From: Paragordius varius
Taxonomy: Eukaryota; Animalia; Nematomorpha
Assembly: GCA_964247055.1 (NCBI GenBank)
Contig: OZ176053.1
Location: 8,122,001 to 8,186,000 of the forward strand
Length of the DNA: 64,000 nucleotides
Reading direction: 5' to 3'
In this document: positions 1 to 13,363 of the stretch, one piece after another
Layout of the letters: each line of letters opens with the position of its first letter
How positions within the stretch are numbered: position 1 is the first letter of the stretch
Translations under genes and position numbers: made by a program
Notes under the pieces: generated by a model
The model's database searches: none
What the model was told of the DNA's origin: nothing
What the model saw: only the letters and a program-made list of their open reading frames with translations

Positions 1-31
1 GTTAATTAAATATCTATCCATAATTTATCTG

Positions 32-80
32 TATGACTCATTTTTTATGTATGACTCATTTTTCATATATGACTCATTTC
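32..80 (+). repeat. 3 x 18-bp tandem repeat, each containing TGACTCA (AP-1 consensus)
   Basis: TGACTCA at 34-40, 52-58 and 70-76 (period 18), just upstream of the first confident calponin exon. Confidence 0.8.
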
Positions 81-223
81 GACAAATTTGGCGATATAAT
101 GGGAATAAATAAGTGGCTTTAGGTTAAAAAATATATAATTCAAAAATTAACAGTTTTTGACTAAGATTAGGCCTGGTTTTTTATTTACACTTTTAGCATT
201 AAAGTAATTTATATTAATTATAG

Positions 224-1130
224 TTGGCTTCAAAACGTGATCCCGAACAAGAAGAACAAGTTAAACAATGGATTTCTACCATACTGAAAGACGAGGGCTT
301 TCAATGGGGATCATCCTATGAGGATACCTTAAGAGATGGAAAAGTTTTATGCAGGTAAAAATTTCTTTTTGCTTTTTTACTTACTTAAATCTCTTGGTTA
401 ATAAATATTGGCAGTGCATGAATATAATATCTATTTCCCGGTTGACTTTTATGATTACGATACTAGAGTGATGAATAAATTACAGCCCGGTATCATCAAA
501 AAGATAAATGACAAGGGAGGCGACTTCAAAATGATGGAGAATATTACAAATTTCCAAAGAGCTGCAAAAGAATATGGTGTCCCAGACCTTGACGTTTTCC
601 AAACTGTGGATCTATGGGACAAACGTAACATTTCACAAGTTACACAATGTCTTTTCGCCATTGGTCGTGTGGTAAGCTTCACTAATTTATATCGGTTTTT
701 ATATAAGCGATTACAGCGAATTTTAGCAGATAAATTCTACCCATGTTTAATACTTATATATATATAGGCTCAAAACAAACCCGGATACAATTTCCCCATT
801 CTAGGTCCCAAACTTTCGGAAGAAAATAAACGCAATTTTTCAGAGGAAACACTGCGTGCTGGTACATGAATCTAACTAATTCAACAATAATTTGTTTTAA
901 AAAAAAGTTTTTTACTGATGTGCATAGTAAAAATGTCATTAAAGAATATATGTATCATTAACTAAAAAATACTTGCTTTCTTAAAACCAAATTTTATTTT
1001 AATATTATTTCCCTTGCTTACCATATTTTTTAATATCTTTTTAGGTGAGGGTATAATAAATCTTCAAATGGGTTCCAATAAAGGTGCCACTCAAAAGGGT
1101 ATGAATTTCGGAAACACAAGACACATATAA
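224..1130 (+). CDS. Muscle protein 20 / myophilin / transgelin-like calponin-homology protein (5' end uncertain)
   Basis: Exons 224-354, 467-671, 768-861, 1045-1130 with GT-AG junctions join in frame (516 nt): LASKRDPEQEEQVKQWIST...DGKVLCRVMNKLQPG...FQTVDLWDKRNISQVTQCLFAIGR...LGPKLSEENKRNFSEETLRAGEGIINLQMGSNKGATQKGMNFGNTRHI*. One CH domain plus one calponin repeat is the MP20/transgelin layout. The first few codons are not securely placed. Confidence 0.92.
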
Positions 1131-2764
1131 ATGCGAAAGTCAAAAATGTATAATCTTCTTCGTTTGCTAACTTATTTCGTTTTCGATCAATATTACTTGT
1201 TTCATATAATTTTATATTTAAACTTTGGTGGTTAAAAATTCGTAAATATTTTTTTCAATCCTTTCTTATATATTATGCAAACCTTGTGATTTTTAACATA
1301 ATTAACCTTTGTTCCTACTATTTTGGCCCTTACCTAATTTGAAGTTCCACACTGTATCAATTGTAACGATTGGTCGATTTTTTTCGTTAATGTAAATTAT
1401 AATTTTTCAAAAAACCTTATTTCAACATATAATTAGTATTAATATTATTATTATGACTTATGTACTTATGAATAGCTTTTGTCCAAAAACTAACAATAAA
1501 CAATAAAAATGCAAATATATATCGAGTTTGTCTTAATATAAGTTAGATCGCTCGCTATGAATTCAGATGATAATCAAATTAAAAATTTTGGATTAAACAA
1601 AATGTGTAATATATATATACTATTCTGTACCACAACATTAAGGTTTACATTATGATATACATTTTATAGTGTGTCAAATGAGCTCATTTTTACTTTTTAA
1701 CAGACCAAAAATTAAATAGGAAGGATATGTGGGTTGTTAAAAATGCTTATATAAAAGAAAAGGTGCAACAGTTGATATGTATTTCGCTAATATAAATTGT
1801 AAAACGATTTAAATTGACCATATATTTAAAATAAGGGCGTAAATGGCCTAAATCCAATATAGCTCCAACAATATATGATTTTTTAGCCAAAAAGCGTTTC
1901 TGAAGGTTTTTTAAATTTTTTACATGTTAAAATACCGAAAACGCTTTGATCAAAATTCTAATTATAGTTTAAGTATGCTAGAACTTCCGCAAATAATTTA
2001 TCCTAGCTTATATAGAAATCGCCCAAAATTACCATGCTCACTTAGAAGAATCAAAATTAGCCAGTAATTATAATAAAAATATAGCTTATAATGAATGATT
2101 TTAACTATAATAAACTAACGGTACTAATTTTATTGGGAAAATTAACCCACAAAGCTGAAGCATATTTGATAACACTTACATAATTGCTAAAACTTTGCAA
2201 TTCAATAGATAATAGTGGATTTTATGATTAAATTTTTTTAAATATTCCAAAAAGCCTTATTTTTTATTAAAATTTAGTTTTGAAATAATGTATGATATAG
2301 CTTATATGCTTTATTTTCAATCTCAACGGGTTAATCACATGTTGCAATAAAGGTTCGGAGTAGGCGATTTAAAAAAATGCTACTTGAAAATTTTTAACAT
2401 AAAAACCTTATAAAATGTAATGATGTTTTGATTTTAATAAAATTCTGATTTTTGCATTTTACACGCTTTACTATACATAAATCATAGTTTATGAAGTATA
2501 TAACTTTGAGATCACCTAATGATTGATTTGCAAAATTTAAGATTCTGATTCATATTATAATTGTGGACTGCTTAAAATCCGAACCCTATATTCACCAAAA
2601 AGCTTTTAGACACTCGTATTTGTAACTTTTCACCTTGTATTTATGTATTGTTCATAAAACTTTTGGAGAATTTAAATTATTTAATGTGCAACGCATTTTG
2701 TTGGTATCTATAAAATAAAACACAGCCTTTAAGGTTGTGCAGATGGTAGCTTCCAACGTATAAT

Positions 2765-2830
2765 CAGAAGCATAGCTTACATTTCTGGCGCCCGATTTAT
2801 GAATCCGTGATGGCCCCCTCCATGCAACCT
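2765..2830. mobile_element. hAT-like MITE terminal fragment
   Basis: Reverse complement closely matches 16925-16995 (gttgc...ggattcat...ggcgcca.aaatg.aagcta.gc.tctg). Confidence 0.5.
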
Positions 2831-3074
2831 GCATTTAAAAAAATTCAAATTCAAAATGATTTACGAAATTTTTACATATATTGTATTAAAATCTATATTT
2901 TATATAATGGATCTATACATCGGAGTGCTGTAAAATGGGAAAGTTAAAATAAACGTAAAAAAGCCAAGATTGCGCGATAAAAATTTAAGCTATGCTAGAT
3001 TAAGATAACAAATTACGTTATTGATAAAAAAGGGCATATTTTAAAATTTGTTTAAGCACATTTCACTTCTAAAG

Positions 3075-3342
3075 CAGGAGTGTTCATGCGGTCCTCCTAG
3101 ATTGTATATGCGGCCCAATAAAAATTTAATTTACTGAATATAACCGAAATGCCATAATTTGTAAATATTTATAAAATCCTAGGAATTGATATTCCAATAA
3201 ATCTTCTAATTTCAAATTTTGGCCGTAATTTTTTTACAGTCGTATGTTTTAAAGCTACTAAATTATTTTAAAATACTCATATGATTTTCTAATGCGGCCC
3301 GTCGGAAAAAAGCGATTCGCGTCATTGTTTTGGACAACCCTG
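3075..3342. mobile_element. hAT-family (Charlie/SPIN-like) MITE
   Basis: Ends CAGGAGTGTTCA...TTGGACAACCCTG, subterminal GCGGCCC motifs, degenerate 8-bp flanks ttctaaag/gaataaag; same family as 26172-26754. Confidence 0.65.
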
Positions 3343-6300
3343 GAATAAAGCATGGTGAAAACGGTATAAAATCACTAATATATCAGAAAAACAATGTCGT
3401 TTGTTTACACAATCTGATTTTTTTAAAAGTTTACACAATCATATTTAATTTAAAATTGAGTAAAATCAGGCAATAAATGCGGCTTGCATTCTAAATGTGG
3501 GTCACAGAATTTTATGGATTTATATGCATCATCTATTAGGATTAAAATATTTTCCTAAACATTCAATAACTCGAATTACAGCATGGATCCTTGCCAAAAT
3601 TAACTTTAATGATAACACGAGACAACAAATTTGACTTTTTAAGTGCATTTTTGTAAATTGAAAATTCATTTCATTAAATTACATAAATAGTATATCTGAA
3701 AAAATAATTGATCTAACACTTAAGAATTTTTGAGGGTTTATCGAAATTTTTTGTCCCCGTTTTAACATTAAACTCGAAATTTTAGTTTTGAATATATATC
3801 CAAATATTTTATATCATTCGAAAGAGCACAAAAGACCATCTTTTAAATGGCAATTAGTCATTTGAATCAATCTGATGTGAAACTTATTTGGCTTTATATG
3901 GTCAAAATTTTCAACCCATAAATAAGTAAAAAATTTCACCAGACGAACTAATTTAAAATTTAGTATAAAATTTAAAAAAGCTTTGAAAAAACTTTTGGTT
4001 TGTTTTTTAATAAAAATTATTAATATAAAATTATTTTACCTAGTGGATACTATGTATAGCTATAAATAAAAAATTATTACATAATGGTTATATATAATTA
4101 AGAATGAAAAACTTTATGAAATTTAAAATTATTAGCCTTATAAAGAAAATAATTCATCTTGATGAGATAGTACTTTTTTAAAAAACAAATATATATCGTT
4201 TTGATTTACATAAAAGCAATATGTTAATCAAAAAAATTTTGTGCTATCTTTTTTGGACATTCATTGCCATCTACAGAAAGCCAGCTATTTTCAACCAATT
4301 AGTTTAAAAATATTTAATTACACAAACGCTCGCTTCGCCTGTTTGTCGCTCCCTATCTCCGATATTAACTATTGATGTAAAACATATTAGTATGCATTTG
4401 ATAAAATTTTCATTACTCCTTCGAATGATATATTACGAATGGGCATTTCTTGTATATTTTTGAAGAAAAATATTTGGTAAAGTTATAATTTTTAATTCAG
4501 ATTTACTGTTAAAATAATAGTTATCAGGCAAAAAACTCGAGTGGCAGAAAAATTTGTTATCTAATGTAATATACTTCAAAATAATTTCCAGTTTTTATCC
4601 CATAATCCAAAAATTAGACTACAATGTTTGTATAAATGAATTACCTGGCCTATCTAATATATATTTTATGCGGGTAAAATTATTTCAAATCCATAACTTA
4701 CATAAGGTAAATGCCCCAAAGGAAGTCTAAAATGCAATTAGCTTATGTAAATTTTAATGAGTCGGGGGGCTATTTCAGTTGGCCCAATCCTTTTTTACCT
4801 TGCAGACACACAGTTATTATAAGTATTAAAATGGCGAAATTCCTGATTTACTTATTAGTATATCTAGGCTGTGATTTATTATGAGTTTAGAGCCAAGTAA
4901 ATTAGTTAAAAATATTTGCTTTTTTATCAAACATTTAATTTTTAAATAATATTCCGGGTATTTTCATCTTTCTATTCCATCTTTATTGAAGCCTCAGGAT
5001 AGGAAAACGTTGGAAAGAGAATAATAAGGTATAATGAGAGTTATGCATGGTGAGTACGGCTGGTTTAATAACAGAATTAATACACTTCCGCAGCATTACT
5101 TCGCTCGCTTTCCAATATATAAACGGGGAAAAATTTGTGGGGTAATTATGAATGCATCTATATATAAGGACAATTTTAAAGGATATTAGATAAATCCAAA
5201 TCAAATTTAGACAAAATACTAATTCATATAACTCCTAATTGATTCCATTTACATGTGTAATTATTCAAAAAAGATTCGAATTCAATAGTTTTCGTCGGCA
5301 TGGAAAGATTAAATGGAAACTTGAAAGATATATTATTTAAAATAAGTATTAATTCACTTGAAATTAAGGGCAAATGTCACATATAAAATTTACCATATAA
5401 TTAATTAAGATTTATTAAACATACAATTTTCTAATAGAATCTGATAGGCATGGGTTTAAGCTAAATCATCCTTTTACATATAAATGTGGACAAATTTTGG
5501 GCGGGCAGATTTATCTGCAGTTACACATAAAAAAATTACACAATTGTAATTTTGATAAACATGTATTTTATATTGATTGTATACAATGTATTAAATAACA
5601 CTCCTAAACCAATTCAATTGAAAATATCAACCCAATTTGCCACATGATTAGTTTAGGTATTAAACAGCAAGTTTAAAGATTACTTATTCATTACATTTTT
5701 AGGGTACTTAGCAGTCAACCAAAGCCAAATGAGTAATTGTTTTCAACTTTCTTTTAAAATATATTAATTAGGTAATTCTGTGTGTGCGAATGACTGCTTA
5801 CCCCAAAAAGATATACAAGAAAAATATTACTCCCCTCTCAACGGATAAAAAGTATCGTAAAGCAATATTCATATAATAAAGTTTCATGATAGTAGATTAT
5901 TTAAGTAAATTAAAATCTCTCAAATTTTAATAGAATCCGCATTCTTTAAAAATTCTTTAATCATTAAAATATAAATTTTCAAATATACAAGTTCAAAAAA
6001 TAAATAGAATGTTCAACAAATGCACCTAAGCCATTATAATCCGGATTTGGTTGGTTAATACCGGTGTTTTTTTTATTGTTTAGCAGCTTTTTCCGTTCAC
6101 ACCCTATATATTAGATCCAAACAGATAGCTTGTTACCAATCTGCATTTGTCTTAAAATTAAAAAATGCTGAATATTTATTTAGCAAAAATTTATTAAGGA
6201 TATTAAAGAGAAACATGTATTTATCACATTTATATTATTATGAAAGGTATCCATGTAATTAATTTATTTAAAGTTAATGTTCCTATTTTTTACTAATTAT

Positions 6301-8817
6301 TTTAAACTTTATGGTGTTAGGTCAATTTTTGTAAAATATATTTTCTGATGTGATATTTAAGAGTAGTTATTATTTTCTGAGTATTTAACACTAATAATAT
6401 GCTTTTTTAATTTAAAGTATTCAAATTTTTTATTAATAATCGTAATATTTCATAACGGATATATTTTACTTTTTGCGTAGTCTATAAAAAAATCATTTTT
6501 AAATTCACGGGTTAATGATCGACCTTGATATGCGTAATCCCTTTTAAAACTCATTATTCAATTCAAAATTGGGTTTCGATTGAAAGCATTTACTATTTCA
6601 AGTATTTTTTAAAAAAAATCACCTTAGAAATTTGACTGATGACAGGATTATTATTCGGCTTCATATTTTAAGAACGAATGTTTACGACTCAGTACGATAG
6701 TAGATATAATGGTTACTTCTTACAATAAAGGTAAAAAAATATGTGAACTTGTAGGTCAAAACACTTTAGTTATCGGTAAATATTTTGATTAACTCATAAT
6801 TATCATATATCATCCAATACTTTTTTCCAAATATATTATTTTAGTAGATTAACCACGCACAGTGAAAGCCTAAAGAGTTATTTGATAAATTGATGCCGCT
6901 CTACAATTCTTCAAAGAATCCAATATTAAATTTTTATTTAAATTGTTCATAGACAAAACTTTTGTATGCATTTTTTACAGAGAATAGGGTTTCACTAAAG
7001 GGTTGATAATATAGAAACGCTGACTTAAATTTTTGCATGTATATTGGAAATACCAAACCAAGAATATGGTCTCATAAATTTTCCGCAGAGCTGCTTTGAA
7101 CCCATTCTTTAATATAGTGCGCTATTTACAATACGGTGAGACACTAACTGGGTGCTAACAAAAAAGCTCTTATAAAAAATTTTATTTACTGGAAATACCA
7201 AAATTTAGTATCGATATTATGATGACTTCTATTTCCCTAAAATTGCTTAAAATATTTATATTTCAAAAAACGTGATTTTACGGAGGGGGCTTAACACAGG
7301 TCCCAATGTGGCTCGACCTTACCCAACGCATGCATAAAGGAATAAAATATTTGTTATTTAATATGGTGTGCCTCCCCGTGCTAAAGAAACTGCTTCAAGA
7401 CATGTTTATGGGAGCTTTAAGGGGCCAAATCAAAAATACGACTGATCAGTCTTAGAGATAATCAATTATAACTCTCTGGTATTAATAGACTTATACGTTT
7501 TGCGAAAAATTTATTACAGTCAACATTTAACATTTTTACAATTAAATAGATTTGGTGGTGCGAAAGAAAAAACTAACATAGAGCATAGCTAATTTTTGTG
7601 CGTAAACCAACCCTAAATATATATATTTTTTTAATTTGATATTTGATCGTTTCGCGATGCTAAATGGGCAAATTGGGTGGAAATTTGTAAACTTTTAATT
7701 ATTCTAATACTTCGTAACCAAAATTTTATTTAAAGCATAATTTTTCCGCGTTGAATTCTGTTTAATCTAAATGTAATAATATATTGTTATTACCATGTTT
7801 TGATAATTGCGTTAATTTATGCCCGATAACCTATTTATTAACTCTAAGACTCTATTTAAATATGACAAAAATTATTAATTATCATCAACTTGAGGAGGAA
7901 AAAAGTTAGTATATATTCTTTCAGTCCAATAGAAGATATGCAATGAATAAAAATTTATAATCAAAACTTAGAACTAGACAAGCGGCAATTTGTTATGGAT
8001 GGATAAAAGTTTTTAAGAAGCAACAAAAGGTGAAGTTTTTATACTTTGGAAATCGGGTCGGAAAAATTGGCTATTAAACATGAATTTTATTTTAAATTAG
8101 TATAAGCTTTAAAAATTTTAGGTATATAATTTCCATGGGGTTTGGTCTGACAGGTTATGAATGCATTCATGAACGTGACTAAGACCGTCTTGAAAAAAAC
8201 TAACCACGAAAGGCACATATTAATTCAGTGACTCAGAATAAATATAAAATGATATAAGATTTAAATTTAATGTAAAAAATTGTCAATCATAAATATTATA
8301 TATATATTATTTATATATTTTTGACTTGAACCTGATAAAATTAACTCAATAATTATCTTCCTTTCATTTGACTGCGTCATGACTTATATTTTAAAAGAGT
8401 GCTTTTAATAGCTCTATTCATAACGGTCAAATAAGTTATTTTTTTATATCAAAATAAAAAACAATATCCAGCAGTAGCCTCCTAACAAAAATCCGTGGCT
8501 TTATATAATATCGATAAATAAACAGCGCCTTAATTCAGTTGCTGTTTATAACTTTGGATTTGAACCGATAACTAGTATTTGCGTAACTATCCAACAATAC
8601 AGGTATTAATTAAAGACAATATTTAATCCATCTTTTTTTATTTATGTACAAAGATATAAATACAATCATGTGAATATTAGTTGATTTATTAAAATGATTA
8701 CATAATTGTTTTTCCTTAATTTATCAATACAAAAAAACACTTTCATACTTCTAAATTAATAAAACCTATGGCATTATATGAAAGAATCATAACAATATAT
8801 ATATATATATATATATA

Positions 8818-10035
8818 CTGTGGCAAAAAAGAGGGTTGATTATTAAACAAAAAAATGTTTATAAGATAGCTTATGACCAGTGCCGAAAAATTTTAATTTG
8901 TTGACGACCTAGTTTGAAATACTAAAAGTAAATCGGTATCGGGCAAAAAGTGAAAATTAAGAATATTTAAGGATAATTCAAAAATTAATGATAAAAGTTG
9001 AGATATTATGGTTTTTTATCATTTTAGGAGACATTTCAATAATTAAAAAGCCTTAAATCATATAGTTAAGGTTTTCTATAAAATTTCAGTTTAAAAGATG
9101 GCGTTTTTATTTTGTCATAATTAAAAGAAATTTTTTATGAAACAATAATAATTTTTTAATTTTTTTTACTAAACTCACTATTAAAATCTTAACATTCATA
9201 TTTTATTCAGCAAAAAAACTATCATAACAAAACAAAAGTAAAAAATATTGTTTTTTATTTTTATCTGGTTTATGAGTGCATTAAAAATCTACACCGTTTT
9301 ATTATAAAATCTTACATGAGTCGGATAATAAACTAAATTTATAAAAAATAGGATTTAAAAGTAGTGGAATATCAACCAAAAATCCTTAATCCCTGTAAAA
9401 AATTTGTTTTACCACAAATTAATATTTTTAGTGGGGTATGTACGAGTTTTGGTTGATTTTCCACTATTTGTAAATTTTATTTCGTATTAACTTATATACC
9501 TTATAATTTCCGCTCATGTGAAATTCCAGAATAGGACAGTAAATTTACCGTCATAAACCAGATGGCTATAATATTAAAAAATAAAAAACAATATTTTTTA
9601 GATTTATTTTGATATAAAAGTTTTTTTTTATTGGATAAAATATGAATGTTATTTTAATAGTGAGTTTTGCTAGTAAATAATTAAAAAAATATTTTAATAG
9701 TTTCACAAAAAAAATTTGTCTTTTACGTTTGTTAAAAAAACGCCATCTTTTGAATTGAGATTTAAAAGAAAGCCTAACTATATGATTTTAGGCTATTTTT
9801 ATATTGAAAATAACTCCTAAAATGATAATAAACCATAATATCTCAACTTTCATCATTATTTTTTGAATTTTACTTTATTATCCTTAATTTTCACATTTTG
9901 CCCAATTTCGATTTTCTTTCAATATTTCAAAAACTAGGTCGTAAAAAAATAAAAGTTTTACAGCAAATGAATACGCTGGTCATAAGCTATCTCATGAAAA
10001 AAAAATATTTTGTTAATTTTTTTTGGCACACAGTG
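8818..10035. mobile_element. ~1.2-kb palindromic (foldback) non-autonomous DNA transposon, copy 1
   Basis: Left and right halves are imperfect reverse complements almost to the centre (e.g. gtggaatatcaacc / ggttgattttccac); right end GCACACAGTG|TA; homologous to 28538-29704; no ORF. Confidence 0.8.
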
Positions 10036-11303
10036 TACATATGTGATAATGGACCGATAAATTTTTAAAAATGTTAAAAATTGGTTAAAATTAATGTTAA
10101 CCAGTTTTTCTTTTTTAAATATTAGTCCAAATTAAAGTTTAACCGTTGAAACCCGAATATTGCTAATACTAAGGTCACCAAAACCCTAATTTTAACATAT
10201 CAAGATATATATAATTTATTTTATATACAAATTACCAATAATTTGCAGTGCAATTATCGATATAAACATGACGTCAAATTGATTTTTATACACTCCAAAA
10301 TATGTTGTAGGCTATAAGAATTTTTTATTACGTATAAAAAATTTTTTTATTTCGTCCAATCGAATCGAAACAATTTATTTTGTAATAAATAGTAGTGCAA
10401 AAAGTACCATTTGTTAAATTTCAATGATAAAATTATTGTTAAAATAACTTATTAATGTAATTTTTGGAATTCAAAATTTTGTCAGTTCAATGTTAAATAC
10501 ACTAATCCCTTACTAACATTTCTGATATATATTTATTATGTATTTTGTTGCGCGCATTAGCAAACACATTTTGGCCTACATCGATAAATATTATTATTAT
10601 GTTGTGATTGGAATTTTTTTAAAATCTATAAAAGATTCACAAAAAATAAATAATTGATCACATAAAAAATAATTCGTAGTAATCCTGCTAATATTACAAA
10701 ATTTTTTAATATAAATAATTCGAAAGTCATCCTTGAATTCCAGTTTTTGGCGGTCAATTTAGTTCGAATTATATAATAGTACATTTTTTGTAATTATGCA
10801 TGAGTTTATATATAAAAAATTAATTTTTAATATTATACAATATATATTTTAATTTTTTATTTAATAACACATAAACCGTTTTAACTCCCTATATATTTTG
10901 TTGTTTTAAAATTTTTTATATCATTTTCTATACCGACCATATAAATAATTGAAAGTTTGACACAAATTTTAGTTTAATAATTTTATTTTATTATTATTGT
11001 TTTCATTTTTTCTTTAAGTTAAAGTAATATTATACATTTATTTATCGATTACTAAGTTTGAATCCAACTTTATTTTTTGAAATCACAATAAAATAACATA
11101 ACTATAAACAATCGCATCTTTGATCAATCAATTTTCATCATTCTTGTTTGTCGGTCGGTATTTCATTATATTAATTTCATTAATATATTTTTATTTAATA
11201 ATTTCGGATATATTGAATCATTTTGCCTTAAAATATATTTAGCCGCCTAATAACCACTTCATTCCAACAGAATTTTGTTTAAAGATTTGCCAGAAAACAT
11301 ATA

Positions 11304-13363
11304 ATGCCTGCTTCAATTGCCTATTATAGATGGCCATCCACGAGTGTCCGCGTAAGTTTTTGTTAGTCAAAAATACACTTTAAAGAAATTTAATAACTTT
11401 TGATTATAATATATAATTGGGAAATAATAGGCTTTCAAAGAAATTAATTTTCATATATATTTATTTTCTCATAAAGAACTGACTCGAAAAAAACATAAAA
11501 TTTAGCTTTACTTCATTACAAGCCTTAATTTTTATGAAATCTCAGATATGTGTTTTTTAAATATCTAAATATTCCCTAATTTAAACAATATTTAAATATC
11601 ATGAAAATTTCTGATAATCTTGGTAACGCAATAAATTAATAGGAACTAAAAACGAAAATATTTGATTATAATAATGAAATATTAAATTATGATTTTATTT
11701 AAATTATAAGGGACAGATCAAAATTAATATAGTTAATACAATTAATAATCAGACGATTTTTTTCATATAAAATAAATATAAAAACTCGTTGATTTTCTCA
11801 ATCATAACTTGCCAATTTGTGGATTTTATGAAACAGTTAAAATAGTTATTTTCAATTTCGGTAATATTGATGCATATAAACCTGAGATAATGTGAAGCCA
11901 AGATAACAGCCAAAAACTATTTTTTAATTATTTGGGGATGTTTCCGTTTTAAGCCAAATAAATTAATCGAAATTCATTTTTATCTTTTGTTACTACGAAA
12001 ATCTTTATTTAGATCATTATTCGGCACCCAGTTATTTATAACCGCAGTTAGATGTCAGTGCCATTTTAGTTAACATGCTTTACAAGAGGTAAAAAATAAG
12101 AAAACGGCGGTATATTCAAGGGATTAAAAATATACTTATTTAGTATATTTGGCATTTTAGGCATGAAGAAACCCATATTTGTGACCTAACCTTTATAACC
12201 TATAATGTTTAACAGTATAAAATCACTTCCTAAAAAAACAAATAAATTGTCCCTAAGAAATTTATCTTTTGAATAAATTAATAATAAAATTCCTAAATAG
12301 CATTTTGAGGTAAAGCCCATATTTGGGTTGATGTATCATATATATATAAATATATATTTATATGCAGGACGAATCATGGTATTACCCGTCTAAACAAACC
12401 ATTCATAGTAGTTACGTAAGTGTTCACCCGGCTCGTTACCACGTTCCACGCGTGTATCTAAATTACAAACCATGGAGTTATGATATCAAAATTAAGCCAG
12501 TGTATAGCCTTCCCTCTTCATACCTTGTGCCTAGCGCTGATTATGTCTCCACTAGCAGAGTTTACAATGCCGATATTGTCCCATACAGTTTGTCAAGCAG
12601 TTATAGAAGTAGTACTAAATTGGATTCTCAAATTAGCAGCTATTTTGCCCATTATCCCCGTGGATTGGTTTACAGTTATACCCCATATTACAGTAGCTAC
12701 ATAAGCCGTTACTATTCACCCTATAGTCGGTATTTAAGCAGTTATTATGCATACCCATATAGCAGCAGCTATTATTATCCCTATTATTCAAGCCTTTTGT
12801 CCTATCCGTATGGCAGAAGTTATTACAATAGCCATTATTACCGATACCCTGAACGCTCATCCATTCCGTACACGACGTACGTTTCAAATTATACCCATAT
12901 CTATCCTACATACCCAAGTTACAGTTCTTACCTGTCCTACATTCCAAGCTCATACGATGATTGGAAGAGTAGTTATTATTATGATTATTATCCTTACACT
13001 GGGAATTACTTGTCGAAATACTATACGACATCACCCTACCTTACTAGCCGATACCTTTCCAGCTATTATTACCCGTATGTCTCATCATACAGCTCATATC
13101 ATTACCCATCATACAGCACCTCTTCCTACTACAGCTCATTGTCAAGATCATCATCCCTATCAAGCTTTTACGATGATTACAATTACTACAAGGCCCTGAA
13201 CCATAGCTACTATAGCCCGAGCCTTAACTTGTCGTACGGTGTTTATCCCAGCAAATATAGTTCATATTATCATTACCCTTTGACTAGCCATTACTATACT
13301 TCAAGTTTGTATGATTATACATTTCCTTACTCCTCATACCGACGTGCCCTTAGATACTATTAA
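11304..13363 (+). CDS. Tyr/Ser-rich low-complexity protein A (~350 aa), function unknown
   Basis: Main exon 12368-13363 is the 333-aa ORF (hand count 90 Tyr, 81 Ser, no Cys). Candidate first exon 11304-11351 (MPASIAYYRWPSTSVR|gtaagt) and candidate 9-nt micro-exon 12301-12309 (HFE) are all phase 0; the ORF ATG at 12362 sits inside an acceptor (tttatatgcag). Confidence 0.8.

Noticed and set aside
99-223. Possible calponin first exons (ATG 99-112, micro-exon 197-203, 20-nt intron 204-223 giving MGINNIK-LASKRD)
   Set aside because: In frame but with a weak donor and no diagnostic homology; the true first exon may lie outside the window.
2652-2834. 60-aa minus-strand ORF
   Set aside because: Overlaps a transposon end homologous to 16925-16995.
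6637-6690. Hammerhead ribozyme cores (CTGATGA here, CTGAAGA near 23193)
   Set aside because: No stem II, GAAA or cleavage triplet in the required arrangement.
8145-8187. Short hairpin (ggtct...atgaatgcattcat...agacc)
   Set aside because: Too short and imperfect for a pre-miRNA; plausible by chance or transposon-derived.
12480-13199. Alternative-frame and antisense ORFs over the Tyr/Ser genes (also 24105-24779)
   Set aside because: By-products of biased codon composition in the real frames.
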